From: Gemmatimonadales bacterium | Lineage (GTDB): Bacteria > Gemmatimonadota > Gemmatimonadetes > Gemmatimonadales > Gemmatimonadaceae | Reading direction: 5' to 3' | Assembly: GCA_038253755.1 (NCBI GenBank) | Contig: JBBSGU010000002.1 | Coordinates: forward strand, 42,257-106,256 | Length of the DNA stretch: 64,000 bases | Shown: piece after piece, positions 1 to 9,710 of the stretch | Position numbering within the stretch: position 1 is the first letter of the stretch | How the letters are laid out: each line of letters opens with the position of its first letter | Notes under the pieces: model-generated | The model's input: only the letters and a program-made list of their open reading frames with translations | Told to the model about the DNA's origin: nothing | The model's database searches: none | Position numbers and translations under genes: made by a program

Positions 1-1
1 T

Positions 2-1468
2 ATCGTCGAAGTGGACGCAGCAGCAGGGCTTCCTCAATGGACGATGGTCGGCCTTCCGCTTGGCGCCGTGAAAGAGAGCAGGGAACGCGTTGGCGCGGCG
101 CTCGTGAACTCCGGGTTCACGATGCCGCCGCGGCGTATAACCGTGAATCTTGCCCCGGCGGATGTTCGGAAAGAAGGCACCGCGTTCGATCTGCCCATTG
201 CCATCGGAATTCTGGTGGCGACGGGCCAGCTCCACGCGTCTGCGATAGAAGGACGGTTATTCGTTGGAGAGCTCGGACTCGACGGAACGATTCGCGGCAT
301 TCGCGGCGCACTGTCGATCGCTCGCCGAGCACAAGCGTCCGGGGCGATCGATCAACTTGTGCTGCCGCTCGCGAACCTGGCCGAAGCTGGGCGCGTCAGC
401 GCGCTTCGGCTTTCTGCACAATCCGATTTTCGCGCGCTCGCCGATGAACTCAGACGCGGAGCACTATCGATTTCGATTTCAAGCCCGCAAGCGCCGCTGC
501 CGTCGAGGGAATCGTTGGACTTCGCAGACGTGGTAGGGCAGCAGAGCGCGAAGCGTGCGCTCGAGGTTGCCGCGGCTGGCGGGCACAATGTGCTGATGAT
601 CGGTCCTCCGGGGGCGGGGAAAACGATGCTCGCCCGACGCCTGCCGGGAATTCTGCCCGATCTGAGCGAAGCGGAATCGCTAGAGGTGATTGCGATTCAT
701 TCGGTCGCCGGGACTCTCACCAGTCAGGCGCTTGCCTCGGGAATACGACCGTTCCGCGCACCTCATCATTCGATATCGAGCGCCGGTCTAATCGGCGGTG
801 GCGGAACTCCGAAGCCGGGCGAAGTGAGTCTCGCGCATAACGGCGTTTTGTTCCTCGATGAAATGCTCGAGTTTCCGCGATCGGTTCTCGAGGGCCTCCG
901 GCAGCCCATGGAGGACGGAAGGGTCGTGATTTCGAGAGCGACGATGTCGGTCCCGTTTCCGGCTCGTTTTACTCTTGTTGGCGCCACCAATCCGTGCCCC
1001 TGCGGCCGACTCGGAGATCCAACCGGGAGGTGCACGTGTTCGCCGTCGGATGTAGAGCGGTACTCGAGCCGCATGTCGGGACCATTGAACGACCGCATCG
1101 ACATGCATGTCGCCGTTGGTGCTGTTCCGCTCAAGGACCTGAGCTCATCTGCTGTGGCAGAATCGAGCGCGGTCGTGAGGAGCCGGGTGGATCTGGCACG
1201 CGCGCGGCAGGCGTCGCGGTTTTTGCGGCTGCGCGGAGTCGAGTGCAATGCGCATTCGCCCGGCAGGTGGATCGACTCGCATGGGAACATCGAAACCGCG
1301 GCGCGAACACTGCTGCAAAGAGCTGCAGGATCACTATCGCTCTCGGCTCGGGGCTATCACCGAGTATTAAAGGTCGCGAGGACGATTGCCGACATCGATG
1401 AGGATGACGCGGTCACGGAGCGGCATGTCGCAGAAGCCCTTCGCTACAGGGCGGCAGGGCGAACCTGA
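2..1468 (+). CDS. comM: YifB/ComM family Mg-chelatase-like AAA+ ATPase (5' end truncated by window)
   Basis: N-terminal Lon-like segment VNLAPADVRKEGTAFDLPIA; Walker A GPPGAGKT; PFRAPHH, GEVSLAHNGVLFLDE and NPCPCG motifs; frame is open to the window start. Confidence 0.93.
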   Translation: MVEVDAAAGLPQWTMVGLPLGAVKESRERVGAALVNSGFTMPPRRITVNLAPADVRKEGTAFDLPIAIGILVATGQLHASAIEGRLFVGELGLDGTIRGIRGALSIARRAQASGAIDQLVLPLANLAEAGRVSALRLSAQSDFRALADELRRGALSISISSPQAPLPSRESLDFADVVGQQSAKRALEVAAAGGHNVLMIGPPGAGKTMLARRLPGILPDLSEAESLEVIAIHSVAGTLTSQALASGIRPFRAPHHSISSAGLIGGGGTPKPGEVSLAHNGVLFLDEMLEFPRSVLEGLRQPMEDGRVVISRATMSVPFPARFTLVGATNPCPCGRLGDPTGRCTCSPSDVERYSSRMSGPLNDRIDMHVAVGAVPLKDLSSSAVAESSAVVRSRVDLARARQASRFLRLRGVECNAHSPGRWIDSHGNIETAARTLLQRAAGSLSLSARGYHRVLKVARTIADIDEDDAVTERHVAEALRYRAAGRT

Positions 1469-1498
1469 TCCGTTCGGCTTATTCATACTCGCTGTTGC

Positions 1499-1530
1499 CC
1501 TCGGTCCGCACTTGGTCGTCGATCCTCGGT
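1499..1530. repeat. Solo partial copy of the inverted-repeat arm that flanks the four-helix-bundle gene
   Basis: cctcggtccgcacttggtcgtcgatcctcggt matches the reverse complement of the 23.3 kb arm at 27/32 and the 23.8 kb arm at 26/32 (hand alignment); intergenic. Confidence 0.7.
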
Positions 1531-1622
1531 CGGGGCCCGTCGAGGAGGAAACAAACAGCTCGCTGACGCGTCATTCACGGAGACCATTCTGGTCCTGCGC
1601 CGGTTCAAGCCAGCTGAGGAAA

Positions 1623-3047
1623 ATGCCTCCATCGCAGCTGATAGTACCTGATCTGAACGCGTCGAGTCACCTGAGCCGACACGCGGGACTGCACGCCTAT
1701 CAGGTGGAGAGGACGCACGTGTCGCTTTCTGAAGTCCTTGCGGCGATGTCGCGCGCACTCGATCTCACCGAAGAGAGAGCTGAAGGTCACACAGCAAGGA
1801 CCTGTATCATCGGCATGCGAATAGCGGCCGAGCTCGACCTGTCAGCGTTCGACAAGGTCGCGTTGTATGGGGCGCTGCTTCTGAAGGATTCAGGTTGTGG
1901 CGGAACGACGTCATTCGGCGATGTCGTCGGAGAAGATGGAACGGTGCACAAACCGATCCTCGACATTACGGCTATCCCGCAGAAAACCAAAAGCGCAATC
2001 AGGCACGCGGGAACGGCGAGCAGGAAGGCGATCAAGGATCGCGTCGCCGGTTTCCTGAAACGAAAAAGCCGCAGCCTGCGACTCGAGCCGCCAATTCTCT
2101 CACGGGCGGAGCGGGGAGAGAGCATGGCGCTGAGGATGGGGTTTTCAACGGCGACAGCGGACGCGATCAGGTACATCGACGAGCGCTGGGACGGAACCGG
2201 ACCAGACGGAAAGGAAGACAGGGAGATTCCGATGTTTTCGCGAATCATTCTCCTTTCGCAAACTGTCGATGCGTTCGTAACGCAGCGCGGACTTCAGGTG
2301 GCGATGCGCATAACGCGCGAGCGAAGCGGACAATGGTTCGACCCGAATCTGGTGCGGATCGTGCGCGGATGGCGCGAGGAGACGGAGTGGTGGGCATCAC
2401 TCATGTCGCCGGACGTCACAGCGCTGGCGATTGCCGCAGAGCCACCCCAGCACACCAGGTTCGTCGATGACAAGGGACTCGACGAAGTCGCCAAGGCCTT
2501 CGCTGAGATCATCGACTCGAAGTCTCCGTTCACGTACCAGCATTCGACGAACGTGGCGAAATACGCACGCGCGACTGCGTTCGAGCTCAGCTTCGAGAAG
2601 AAGGACGCACGGATACTCAATCGCGCGGCGCTGCTGCACGATGTTGGAAAGCTTGGAGTCGCGAGTCATATCCTCGACAAGGAGGGTCCGTTGACTGTGG
2701 AAGAGCGGGCCGAGATGCAGAGGCATCCGCTCTACACGTGGGAGATTCTCCGAAGGGTTGGTGCCTTCTCTGCGTTCGCGCGGACGGCGGCACTCCACCA
2801 CGAAAAACTCGACGGCTCCGGCTATCCGTGGGGAGTGCCGGGTTCAGAGCTGGACCTGCCGTCCCGAATTCTCTGTGTAGCAGACATGTACGAGGCATTG
2901 ACCGCAAATCGCCCTTACCGAGCAGGACTCTCGCGTGAAGCGGCGCTGAAGATCATTCGCTCCGGCAGTGGTACGCTGGTGTGTCCGCTGGCAACCGAGG
3001 CGTTGACCGAAGCCACTCGACACCTGAAGGTCGCGCTGGCCTCCTAG
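1623..3047 (+). CDS. HD-GYP domain protein (tandem HD domains; probable cyclic dinucleotide phosphodiesterase)
   Basis: C-terminal LLHDVGK and HHEKLDGSGYP motifs; degenerate N-terminal HD domain (LLKDSG, ERWDGTGP); ATG 1623 follows GAGGA; start uncertain. Confidence 0.85.
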   Translation: MPPSQLIVPDLNASSHLSRHAGLHAYQVERTHVSLSEVLAAMSRALDLTEERAEGHTARTCIIGMRIAAELDLSAFDKVALYGALLLKDSGCGGTTSFGDVVGEDGTVHKPILDITAIPQKTKSAIRHAGTASRKAIKDRVAGFLKRKSRSLRLEPPILSRAERGESMALRMGFSTATADAIRYIDERWDGTGPDGKEDREIPMFSRIILLSQTVDAFVTQRGLQVAMRITRERSGQWFDPNLVRIVRGWREETEWWASLMSPDVTALAIAAEPPQHTRFVDDKGLDEVAKAFAEIIDSKSPFTYQHSTNVAKYARATAFELSFEKKDARILNRAALLHDVGKLGVASHILDKEGPLTVEERAEMQRHPLYTWEILRRVGAFSAFARTAALHHEKLDGSGYPWGVPGSELDLPSRILCVADMYEALTANRPYRAGLSREAALKIIRSGSGTLVCPLATEALTEATRHLKVALAS

Positions 3048-3067
3048 AAATGCCGGATTGGTTTAAC

Positions 3068-3772
3068 TCAGCTCCACCCGCCATACGCCACAAACGACTT
3101 TGCGAGGCCGCCGATGCGCTCGGTGTAAAATGTCGCTTCCGGAAACAGCGCGGCGAATTTCTCTCTCGTTAGAAGTCGAACGGAGTCCACCTCCGCTCGC
3201 GCTGCATCGAGGTCGGGGATGCGCTTGTACCACCCGACGTCGAACCGGTAGACCATCTGCGCGCGAACAGCCGCCGGCAGATACTGAAACCACGGAAACA
3301 GGAAGTGGGGTTCGAGCGGGAAGCGCTTGTTCGGCGTCTGCACGAAATACCGCTTGCCGACGCGCATCACTTCATTGGCCATGCGTCGCTGATCGTCATA
3401 GGTGCCGACGTGCTCGATGACGGAATTGGAGAAGACGACGTCAAAAGACTTCGTGCCAAAGCGCGGCATGTTCCGCGCGTCGCCAACAGCGCTGACGAAC
3501 TGACTCGACACTACCTGCTGCTCTTCAATGTTGAGAAGAGTGATCCGTGCATCGCCGATGTCACCGCTGTTCATCAGGTTCCAGAATCCCTGAGTGCCAC
3601 CGATGTCGAGGATCTCCACGTGTCCTTTCACAGTTCCCAGCAACGACAGGAAAAGGGAGAAACGCGCTCGCCGCATGCGTGTCGCGAGCGAATTGCTGCT
3701 GCTGTTGTCGGCGAGCGACTTCAGGAGTGATCCGCCGACTTCGGCTGCGGGAGGTCGCGGTACGATCGTCAT
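3068..3772 (-). CDS. Class I SAM-dependent methyltransferase
   Basis: ILDIGG motif I; FDVVFSNSVIEHVG; QTPN..FPLEPH. Confidence 0.85.
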   Translation of the reverse strand: MTIVPRPPAAEVGGSLLKSLADNSSSNSLATRMRRARFSLFLSLLGTVKGHVEILDIGGTQGFWNLMNSGDIGDARITLLNIEEQQVVSSQFVSAVGDARNMPRFGTKSFDVVFSNSVIEHVGTYDDQRRMANEVMRVGKRYFVQTPNKRFPLEPHFLFPWFQYLPAAVRAQMVYRFDVGWYKRIPDLDAARAEVDSVRLLTREKFAALFPEATFYTERIGGLAKSFVAYGGWS

Positions 3773-5175
3773 GCCGCCGAAAGCTCCAGAAGCTTCACCG
3801 GTTCCGCAGCGGGCTTTCTTGCCGACTCCTGTTGAGCGATGGTCACAATTGCCCCGGCAAACCAGAAGTAAAGGTATGAGAGGGTCAAAGCATTGAACGG
3901 CACGCCGGTCGTTGCGTTAATCATCACACCTACCGTTGTGAAGAGAACGACGTTTCCCATGAGTCTTCGGTTGAGGGTGCTCGCTGACCGTGCAACCTTG
4001 AACGAGGCAATCAGGAAACCGGCATAGATCGCGAGGTGGGCTATCAGTCCTTCAATCCCCAGCTCCACGGCGTACTTGAAGTATCCATTGTCTGCAGTGA
4101 GCGGATCGAGGCCCACTCGCACCGCCGATTGGTCAGTTGTACCCAACCCCGCGCCGAACGGGTGCTCGAAGAATGCGGTGAATCCCTTTGCGAAATCTTT
4201 CGAGTGAGATGCACTGCTTCCGGTCTGCCAGGTCAGGGTGTCCCACAGAAACCCCGCAAGCCCGGGAACCGTGACGAGCGCAACGACGGCCACAAACGCG
4301 CCCACGATCACACCGGAAACTGCCCACTCGGGTTTTCTCAGCATCAGGACAACGAGGACGAGCTGGATTACGCAGACTACTATCGTCATTCGTGTGATGC
4401 TCAACAAAAGTCCCGCCCAGATGATGGCATATTCGACCTTCATTGAAGTCGTGACGCGCTTCGCCGCACCGAATACCCAAGCCGTCGCGACCGGCAGAAG
4501 AATCAGGAATGGAATCGCAAAGCCCTGACTCGACAGATAGATGGAACCCGCCCGCTGCATATCGATGTTGCCGATATGCGTCCAGTAGTTCATCGGCAGC
4601 CCGTACTCGTTGCCGGCGGTGAACGCCGACACGTTGAGAAAATCCTGGAAGTACGAAGCGACGCCGAGGAGGACGAGCATGTCGGGGGTAACGAGAATGC
4701 GCTCTACGATGGCTATCGCGCTCGTGAGCAGGACGATGATGTACAGCCGTCTCAGAGTTTGCGGATCGTCGGCTATTTCCGGACTCGCCCTTCCAACGAA
4801 ATACAACAGCATGAAGAACGCGATGTCCCTGATGCCATACAGCTCGGCGCCAGCAGGAAGCTCGATCCGGAAAAACGCGCTTCCGGCGAGAAGGAAGACG
4901 ATCGCGATTGCGATCAGCGAGCCAACTGCGAGGTCGATCCACGAGATGGCGACGCGCGGACCGCGGCCTGTTGCTGCACGCAAGATGACCAGCACGATCA
5001 TGCCGAGGACCGCTGCTTCCTTCCATGCTGCCAGTGCCCGGACGGTACCCATAGCCAGGCCGAGCCCCCCAAACAGCATGGCGACCAGGAGGCTGTGAAA
5101 TGGCAGTCCCCACGAGAACACCGGCAGGGCGACTCGATTGAAAAACGTCTTCGGCAGCGGCGCTGTGTCGGCCAT
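3769..5175 (-). CDS. O-antigen ligase/polymerase-like polytopic membrane protein
   Basis: Many hydrophobic segments; HPFGAGLG and ADNGYFKYAVELGIEG resemble the Wzy_C/WaaL signature; 4-bp overlap with the methyltransferase. Confidence 0.7.
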   Translation of the reverse strand: MADTAPLPKTFFNRVALPVFSWGLPFHSLLVAMLFGGLGLAMGTVRALAAWKEAAVLGMIVLVILRAATGRGPRVAISWIDLAVGSLIAIAIVFLLAGSAFFRIELPAGAELYGIRDIAFFMLLYFVGRASPEIADDPQTLRRLYIIVLLTSAIAIVERILVTPDMLVLLGVASYFQDFLNVSAFTAGNEYGLPMNYWTHIGNIDMQRAGSIYLSSQGFAIPFLILLPVATAWVFGAAKRVTTSMKVEYAIIWAGLLLSITRMTIVVCVIQLVLVVLMLRKPEWAVSGVIVGAFVAVVALVTVPGLAGFLWDTLTWQTGSSASHSKDFAKGFTAFFEHPFGAGLGTTDQSAVRVGLDPLTADNGYFKYAVELGIEGLIAHLAIYAGFLIASFKVARSASTLNRRLMGNVVLFTTVGVMINATTGVPFNALTLSYLYFWFAGAIVTIAQQESARKPAAEPVKLLELSAA

Positions 5176-5299
5176 GAATGAAAAAAACTAACGGTGTTGG
5201 AGATGCTTCGCTTTCAGGGGTTTCAACCCAACAACGGTGAGATGCAACGCGTATGACAGATATCCGCCAGTATCGCGCTAACGGCAATCATCAGAGATC

Positions 5300-8200
5300 A
5301 TGAAGTTTTCTTCCATAAGCACCTTCGTCGCGGCTTTGCTTTTCGTGCCGCTCGTCGCATCCGCTCAGGTTGGGTCGACCACCGACATCATCATGGGCCG
5401 GGTGACGTCGCCCGATGGCCAGCCGGTCGCTGGTGCACGCGTCGAAGCAATATCCGCTGAAACCCAGATCTCCCGCACGAAGACCACTGACGCGGACGGC
5501 CGCTACTCGATTCTGTTTCCCGATGGCGGCGGCTCGTATTCGGTTCAGGTTGTTTCCATTGGATACGCACCTCAGCGATTCAGTGTAGTTCGCAACAACG
5601 ATGAGGACCGGCTGGTTCGGGACGTAGTCATGGGCCGCAATGCAACAGTGCTGCAAAGCGTGCAGGTGCGTGGCCGCCCGAATACGCGAGCGATCGACAG
5701 ACCCGAAGCGGGGTCGACAGAACGGACGCTTAATCCAATTCTTCTCAACCGTCTTCCGGTTGATCCCGGAGATCTCAACGAGCTCGCGACCCTGGCGCCC
5801 GGCGTGATCGGTGTTGCAGGTACGGATTCGACACAGGCATCGTTTTCTGTTGCCGGACAACCTTCAAATCAGAACAGCATCACGCTCGATGGATTGTCGT
5901 TCGGCTCCGGCAGCGTGCCGCAGGAGGCGGTTCGCAACACGAGAGTCGTAACGAGCACATATGATGTTGCGCGCGGGCAGTTCACCGGCGGCCAGGTCGC
6001 AAGTACGACCCGCGGCGGCACCAACGTCTTTACCGGCGCGCTCGACTACTCTCTGCGCGACCCCAATCTCGAGTTCGTTGACGACGGTGAGAGTGCTTTC
6101 TCGCAGAAGTACACGCAGAATCAGGTGAGCGGCGGATTCGGTGGTCCGATCATCAAGAACACGCTCTTCTCGTTTGGCGCCATGACGCTCACGCGCCGCA
6201 CGGATCCGCTGCAATCGCTTCTCGCCGCGGACCCGCTCGCATTCGCGCGACTCGGCACTAACGGCGATTCGGTCTCGCGCTTTCTTTCGCTCTTGAACGG
6301 CTACGGCCTCGCGCCGACTTCGGCGCAGATTCCGGACGAACGCCTCAACGACAACGCATCCGCACTCGTGCGCGTCGATTACAACGTGGGCGAGGCGCAT
6401 ACGTTGATGCTTCGGGGCGACTGGCGCGGATCCATTCAGGATGCGAGCCGCATCTCCGCATTCTCTGTTCCGCACAGCGGTGGAGATGCGAAAGGGTCGG
6501 GTGGCGGGGGAATGATAACGCTCACGTCGCATCTCTCGACCTTCATCAACGAGCTGCGTGCGTATCGGTCAACCGACCGGAGAAGCACCGATCCGTACGT
6601 CCAGATTCCGTCGGGCCGCGTTACGGTTGCCTCTAATCTCCCGGACGGATCACTTGGCGTATCGACACTCCAGTTCGGCGTCAATCCATCGCTCCCGCAG
6701 GAAACGCGAACAGGACTGACCGAGCTGAGCGACGAGGTCTCGCGCGTTTCGAAGACCGGCGCACACCGGGTAAAGCTTGGAGCGCTCCTCAACGAAGACG
6801 AAAGCCGAAACGGCTCATTCTCGAATGCACTTGGCACGTTCACATTCAATTCTCTCGCTGACTTTGCCGCAGGGGTGCCGGCGTCGTTCACTCGCACGCT
6901 GGCGAATCGCCAGCGCAACGCGCGCAGCATCAACAGCGCGCTTTATCTGGGAGACGCGTGGCGTCAATCGAAGACACTTCAGCTTACCTACGGCGCGCGT
7001 CTCGAGCACTCGGCATATCCGGACGCTCCTCAATTCAATCCTGCGATCGACTCTTTGTTCAGTCACCGAACTGATGCGTTCCCCTCGGAAACCCACATCA
7101 GCCCGCGCGTCGGGTTCACATACACCTACGGCTTCAACCAGAATGGTCCAGCGTCGGGTAGCATTCGCGGAGGTATCGGAGAGTTCCGCGGAAAGGCTCA
7201 GTCCGGTCTGTTCGCATCTGCTGGCGACGCGACCGGACTCGTGAACGCGCAGTCTCAAATCGTCTGTGTGGGATCGACTGTTCCGGTTCCGGATTGGGAG
7301 TTGTATCTGGCGAATCCCGCGACCGTTCCGACCATATGCAACGGCGGGAGCCAGCAGTTTGCGAACACTCGGCGCAACGTCACCGTGTTTGCCGACGACT
7401 TCGCCGCACCGCGCGCGTGGAGAGGATCGCTTGGCTGGAATCGGCGCTTCGCCGAGCGGTACAATCTTTCGATCGACGGGTCGTTCGCTCACGGCGTTGC
7501 TCAGACGAGTGCGTTGGACCTGAATCTCGACACCACTCCAAAATTCACTCTGGCGAGCGAAGGCGGACGTCCGGTATTTGCTCCTGTCACGTCCATCGTT
7601 CCACAAACTGGCGCCATTGCGCTGACCGGATCGCGACTTCAGCCGCGGTTTGGCGTTGTTAGTGAGCTCAACTCCGATCTGACGTCTGATTCGAAGCAGC
7701 TTACGGCAAGCTTCCAGGGAATCACCACCAAGGCGATTATCTTCAACGCGTCGTATACGTTCGCCCGGTCGGTCGATCAGGCTCAGGGCATCTCGACCTT
7801 CGGCGGATTCGGCGGCTCAGGCGCATCGACGGCAGGCAATCCCAACCTGGCTGAGCGTGCGACGAGTGATCAGGAACGCCGGCATTCGCTTATTGGTACG
7901 ATCACATGGCCGATCAAGCCTGCGATTGAGCTCACCGCAATCGCGCGACTGGCGTCCGGGGGGTTCTTCACCCCGCTTGTCGGCGGAGACGTCAACGGCG
8001 ACGGTTTGAGAAACGATCGTCCCTTCATTTTCGATCCGGTCTCTTCGCCGGACACCGCTGTTGCAAATGGAATGTCGCGCCTGCTCGCGTCGGCGCCCGG
8101 CCGCGCGAAGGACTGTCTGACGGCCCAGACGGGAACGATAGCGGGCCGCAACAGCTGCTCCGTGCCATGGTCAACGTCGTTCGATCTCCGCGCGAATCTG

Positions 8201-8941
8201 AAGCCATCAGGGTTTGGCTTGAATCGCAAGCTCACTATATCCGTGGTCGGTCTGAACACGCTTGCCGGTATCGACAGGCTTCTGCACGGGAGTGACGATC
8301 TGCATGGGTGGGGACAACCGGTATTTTCCGACCGGACGCTGCTCTACGTTCGGGGATTTGATCCAGTCAGCCAGAAGTTCATCTATCAGGTGAACGAGCA
8401 TTTCGGTGCGGCGAGCGGGAGCCGCAATGCGTTCCGTGTTCCGTTCCAGCTGTCAGTGCAGGCGCGACTCACGCTCGGTGTGGATCCGGCGCGGCAGCAG
8501 ATGAACGGCGTCTTCGGTGCTCGCGCGGGGGCGCGGTTGACAGCCGACGACTTCCGCCAGCGCCTCGCGCGAGCCGTTCCGAATGTATTCTCGCAGATTC
8601 TCGACTTGAACGATTCGCTCAAGCTGGATCTCACGCTGGAGCAGAAGGGAAAGCTTGGCGTGCTTGCCGATAGTCTTCAGGCGAAAGCCGACACAATTAT
8701 CGGATCGCTTGCGCAGACGTTGGGTGGAACCGACGCAAAGAACGCAGACCCGCTGCAGCTAGGGATGAAAATGCGCGGCAAGATTCAGGAAGGGCGGACC
8801 CTCGCACAAAAAGCGCTGAAAGACGCTGAGGCAGTTCTGACGCCGGAGCAGTGGGCGAAAATTCCCAAGGAAGTGAAGGAGCCGTTCCAGCGGCCTCAGA
8901 ACGGCGGTGGAGAAGGAAGGTTCGGGCCTCCAGGCGGCTGA
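5300..8941 (+). CDS. TonB-dependent receptor-like outer-membrane protein (Oar-like) with N-terminal carboxypeptidase-regulatory-like domain and C-terminal helical tail
   Basis: Signal peptide; GRVTSPDGQPVAGARV Cna-B/CarboxypepD_reg start; plug-like LAPGV...NSITLDG...YDVARGQFTGG...TRGGTN; SPRVGF and SYTFARS barrel motifs; 1213 aa. Confidence 0.8.
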   Translation: MKFSSISTFVAALLFVPLVASAQVGSTTDIIMGRVTSPDGQPVAGARVEAISAETQISRTKTTDADGRYSILFPDGGGSYSVQVVSIGYAPQRFSVVRNNDEDRLVRDVVMGRNATVLQSVQVRGRPNTRAIDRPEAGSTERTLNPILLNRLPVDPGDLNELATLAPGVIGVAGTDSTQASFSVAGQPSNQNSITLDGLSFGSGSVPQEAVRNTRVVTSTYDVARGQFTGGQVASTTRGGTNVFTGALDYSLRDPNLEFVDDGESAFSQKYTQNQVSGGFGGPIIKNTLFSFGAMTLTRRTDPLQSLLAADPLAFARLGTNGDSVSRFLSLLNGYGLAPTSAQIPDERLNDNASALVRVDYNVGEAHTLMLRGDWRGSIQDASRISAFSVPHSGGDAKGSGGGGMITLTSHLSTFINELRAYRSTDRRSTDPYVQIPSGRVTVASNLPDGSLGVSTLQFGVNPSLPQETRTGLTELSDEVSRVSKTGAHRVKLGALLNEDESRNGSFSNALGTFTFNSLADFAAGVPASFTRTLANRQRNARSINSALYLGDAWRQSKTLQLTYGARLEHSAYPDAPQFNPAIDSLFSHRTDAFPSETHISPRVGFTYTYGFNQNGPASGSIRGGIGEFRGKAQSGLFASAGDATGLVNAQSQIVCVGSTVPVPDWELYLANPATVPTICNGGSQQFANTRRNVTVFADDFAAPRAWRGSLGWNRRFAERYNLSIDGSFAHGVAQTSALDLNLDTTPKFTLASEGGRPVFAPVTSIVPQTGAIALTGSRLQPRFGVVSELNSDLTSDSKQLTASFQGITTKAIIFNASYTFARSVDQAQGISTFGGFGGSGASTAGNPNLAERATSDQERRHSLIGTITWPIKPAIELTAIARLASGGFFTPLVGGDVNGDGLRNDRPFIFDPVSSPDTAVANGMSRLLASAPGRAKDCLTAQTGTIAGRNSCSVPWSTSFDLRANLKPSGFGLNRKLTISVVGLNTLAGIDRLLHGSDDLHGWGQPVFSDRTLLYVRGFDPVSQKFIYQVNEHFGAASGSRNAFRVPFQLSVQARLTLGVDPARQQMNGVFGARAGARLTADDFRQRLARAVPNVFSQILDLNDSLKLDLTLEQKGKLGVLADSLQAKADTIIGSLAQTLGGTDAKNADPLQLGMKMRGKIQEGRTLAQKALKDAEAVLTPEQWAKIPKEVKEPFQRPQNGGGEGRFGPPGG

Positions 8942-9041
8942 TCCGGCGCGGGGTTTGCCCGTCATGACAGTCTGGTGGGCTTTGCACCGGACCGACGATA
9001 GGGGATATTCCCCCTTCGCAACCCCGATCCCTGGACCCGAT

Positions 9042-9710
9042 ATGTTCGGTTGTTTCCGCAGGCTTGGATGTCTCGTTTTCCTCCTCATTCTCGGCGTCGT
9101 TGCCTGGTTCAATCGGGGCAAGCTGGAGGAGACGTATCGCCGCTACGCAGGCAACGGAACTTCCGCTTCGCCAGGAACGGTTACCGGTGGATGGGAGCCT
9201 CTCACCGGCGATAAAGCCACGCGTGGCAAGCGTCAGGTCGAGTCCCTGTCGCGACAGGCAGGCCCAGTCTTCGCAAATCTCTCTGCCGGCGAAGCCGCTT
9301 CCTACATCTTCCTAGAAGCCGCAAAGCAGCTTCCACCGTCGTCTCAGAACATTGCCTCTTCGATCAAGAACGACCGTCTCTACGTTCGGGCGAATGTTGA
9401 CCTGAAGGAGTTCGGCGGCGCCTCAGTTTTAGGGCCGCTCGCCGGAATGCTTGGCAGCCGCGACACGATCCAGCTCGGAGGAACAATTCACGTTCTCCGG
9501 CCCGGCGTCGGCGAGTTCCAGGTTCAGGACGTAAAGGTCGGTTCGTTTGGGATACCGTCTCCGCTCATTCCGAAAATCATCGGGCGTATCAGAAAGGGAA
9601 CGATTCCGGAGGGCATCGCTTCGAACGCACTTCCAATGAAGCTTCCTGGCTACATCGGCGACGTCCGCATCGCGAACGGGCACGTCGTCGTCTACAAGAA
9701 TCTTCCATGA
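9042..9710 (+). CDS. Hypothetical membrane-anchored protein
   Basis: N-terminal TM (MFGCFRRLGCLVFLLILGVVAWF); ATG 9042 in frame with the 8907 ORF; 4-bp overlap with the downstream regulator. Confidence 0.75.
   Translation: MFGCFRRLGCLVFLLILGVVAWFNRGKLEETYRRYAGNGTSASPGTVTGGWEPLTGDKATRGKRQVESLSRQAGPVFANLSAGEAASYIFLEAAKQLPPSSQNIASSIKNDRLYVRANVDLKEFGGASVLGPLAGMLGSRDTIQLGGTIHVLRPGVGEFQVQDVKVGSFGIPSPLIPKIIGRIRKGTIPEGIASNALPMKLPGYIGDVRIANGHVVVYKNLP

Noticed and set aside
5190-5246. Short direct repeat AACGGTG...GAGATGC in the divergent promoter region
   Set aside because: Too short and irregular to call an operator without comparative data
4133-5287. Long alternative-frame and antisense ORFs (e.g. 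4133-5287, 58159-59469, 46448-47335)
   Set aside because: Shadow ORFs expected in GC-rich coding DNA; they overlap well-supported genes and lack recognisable motifs
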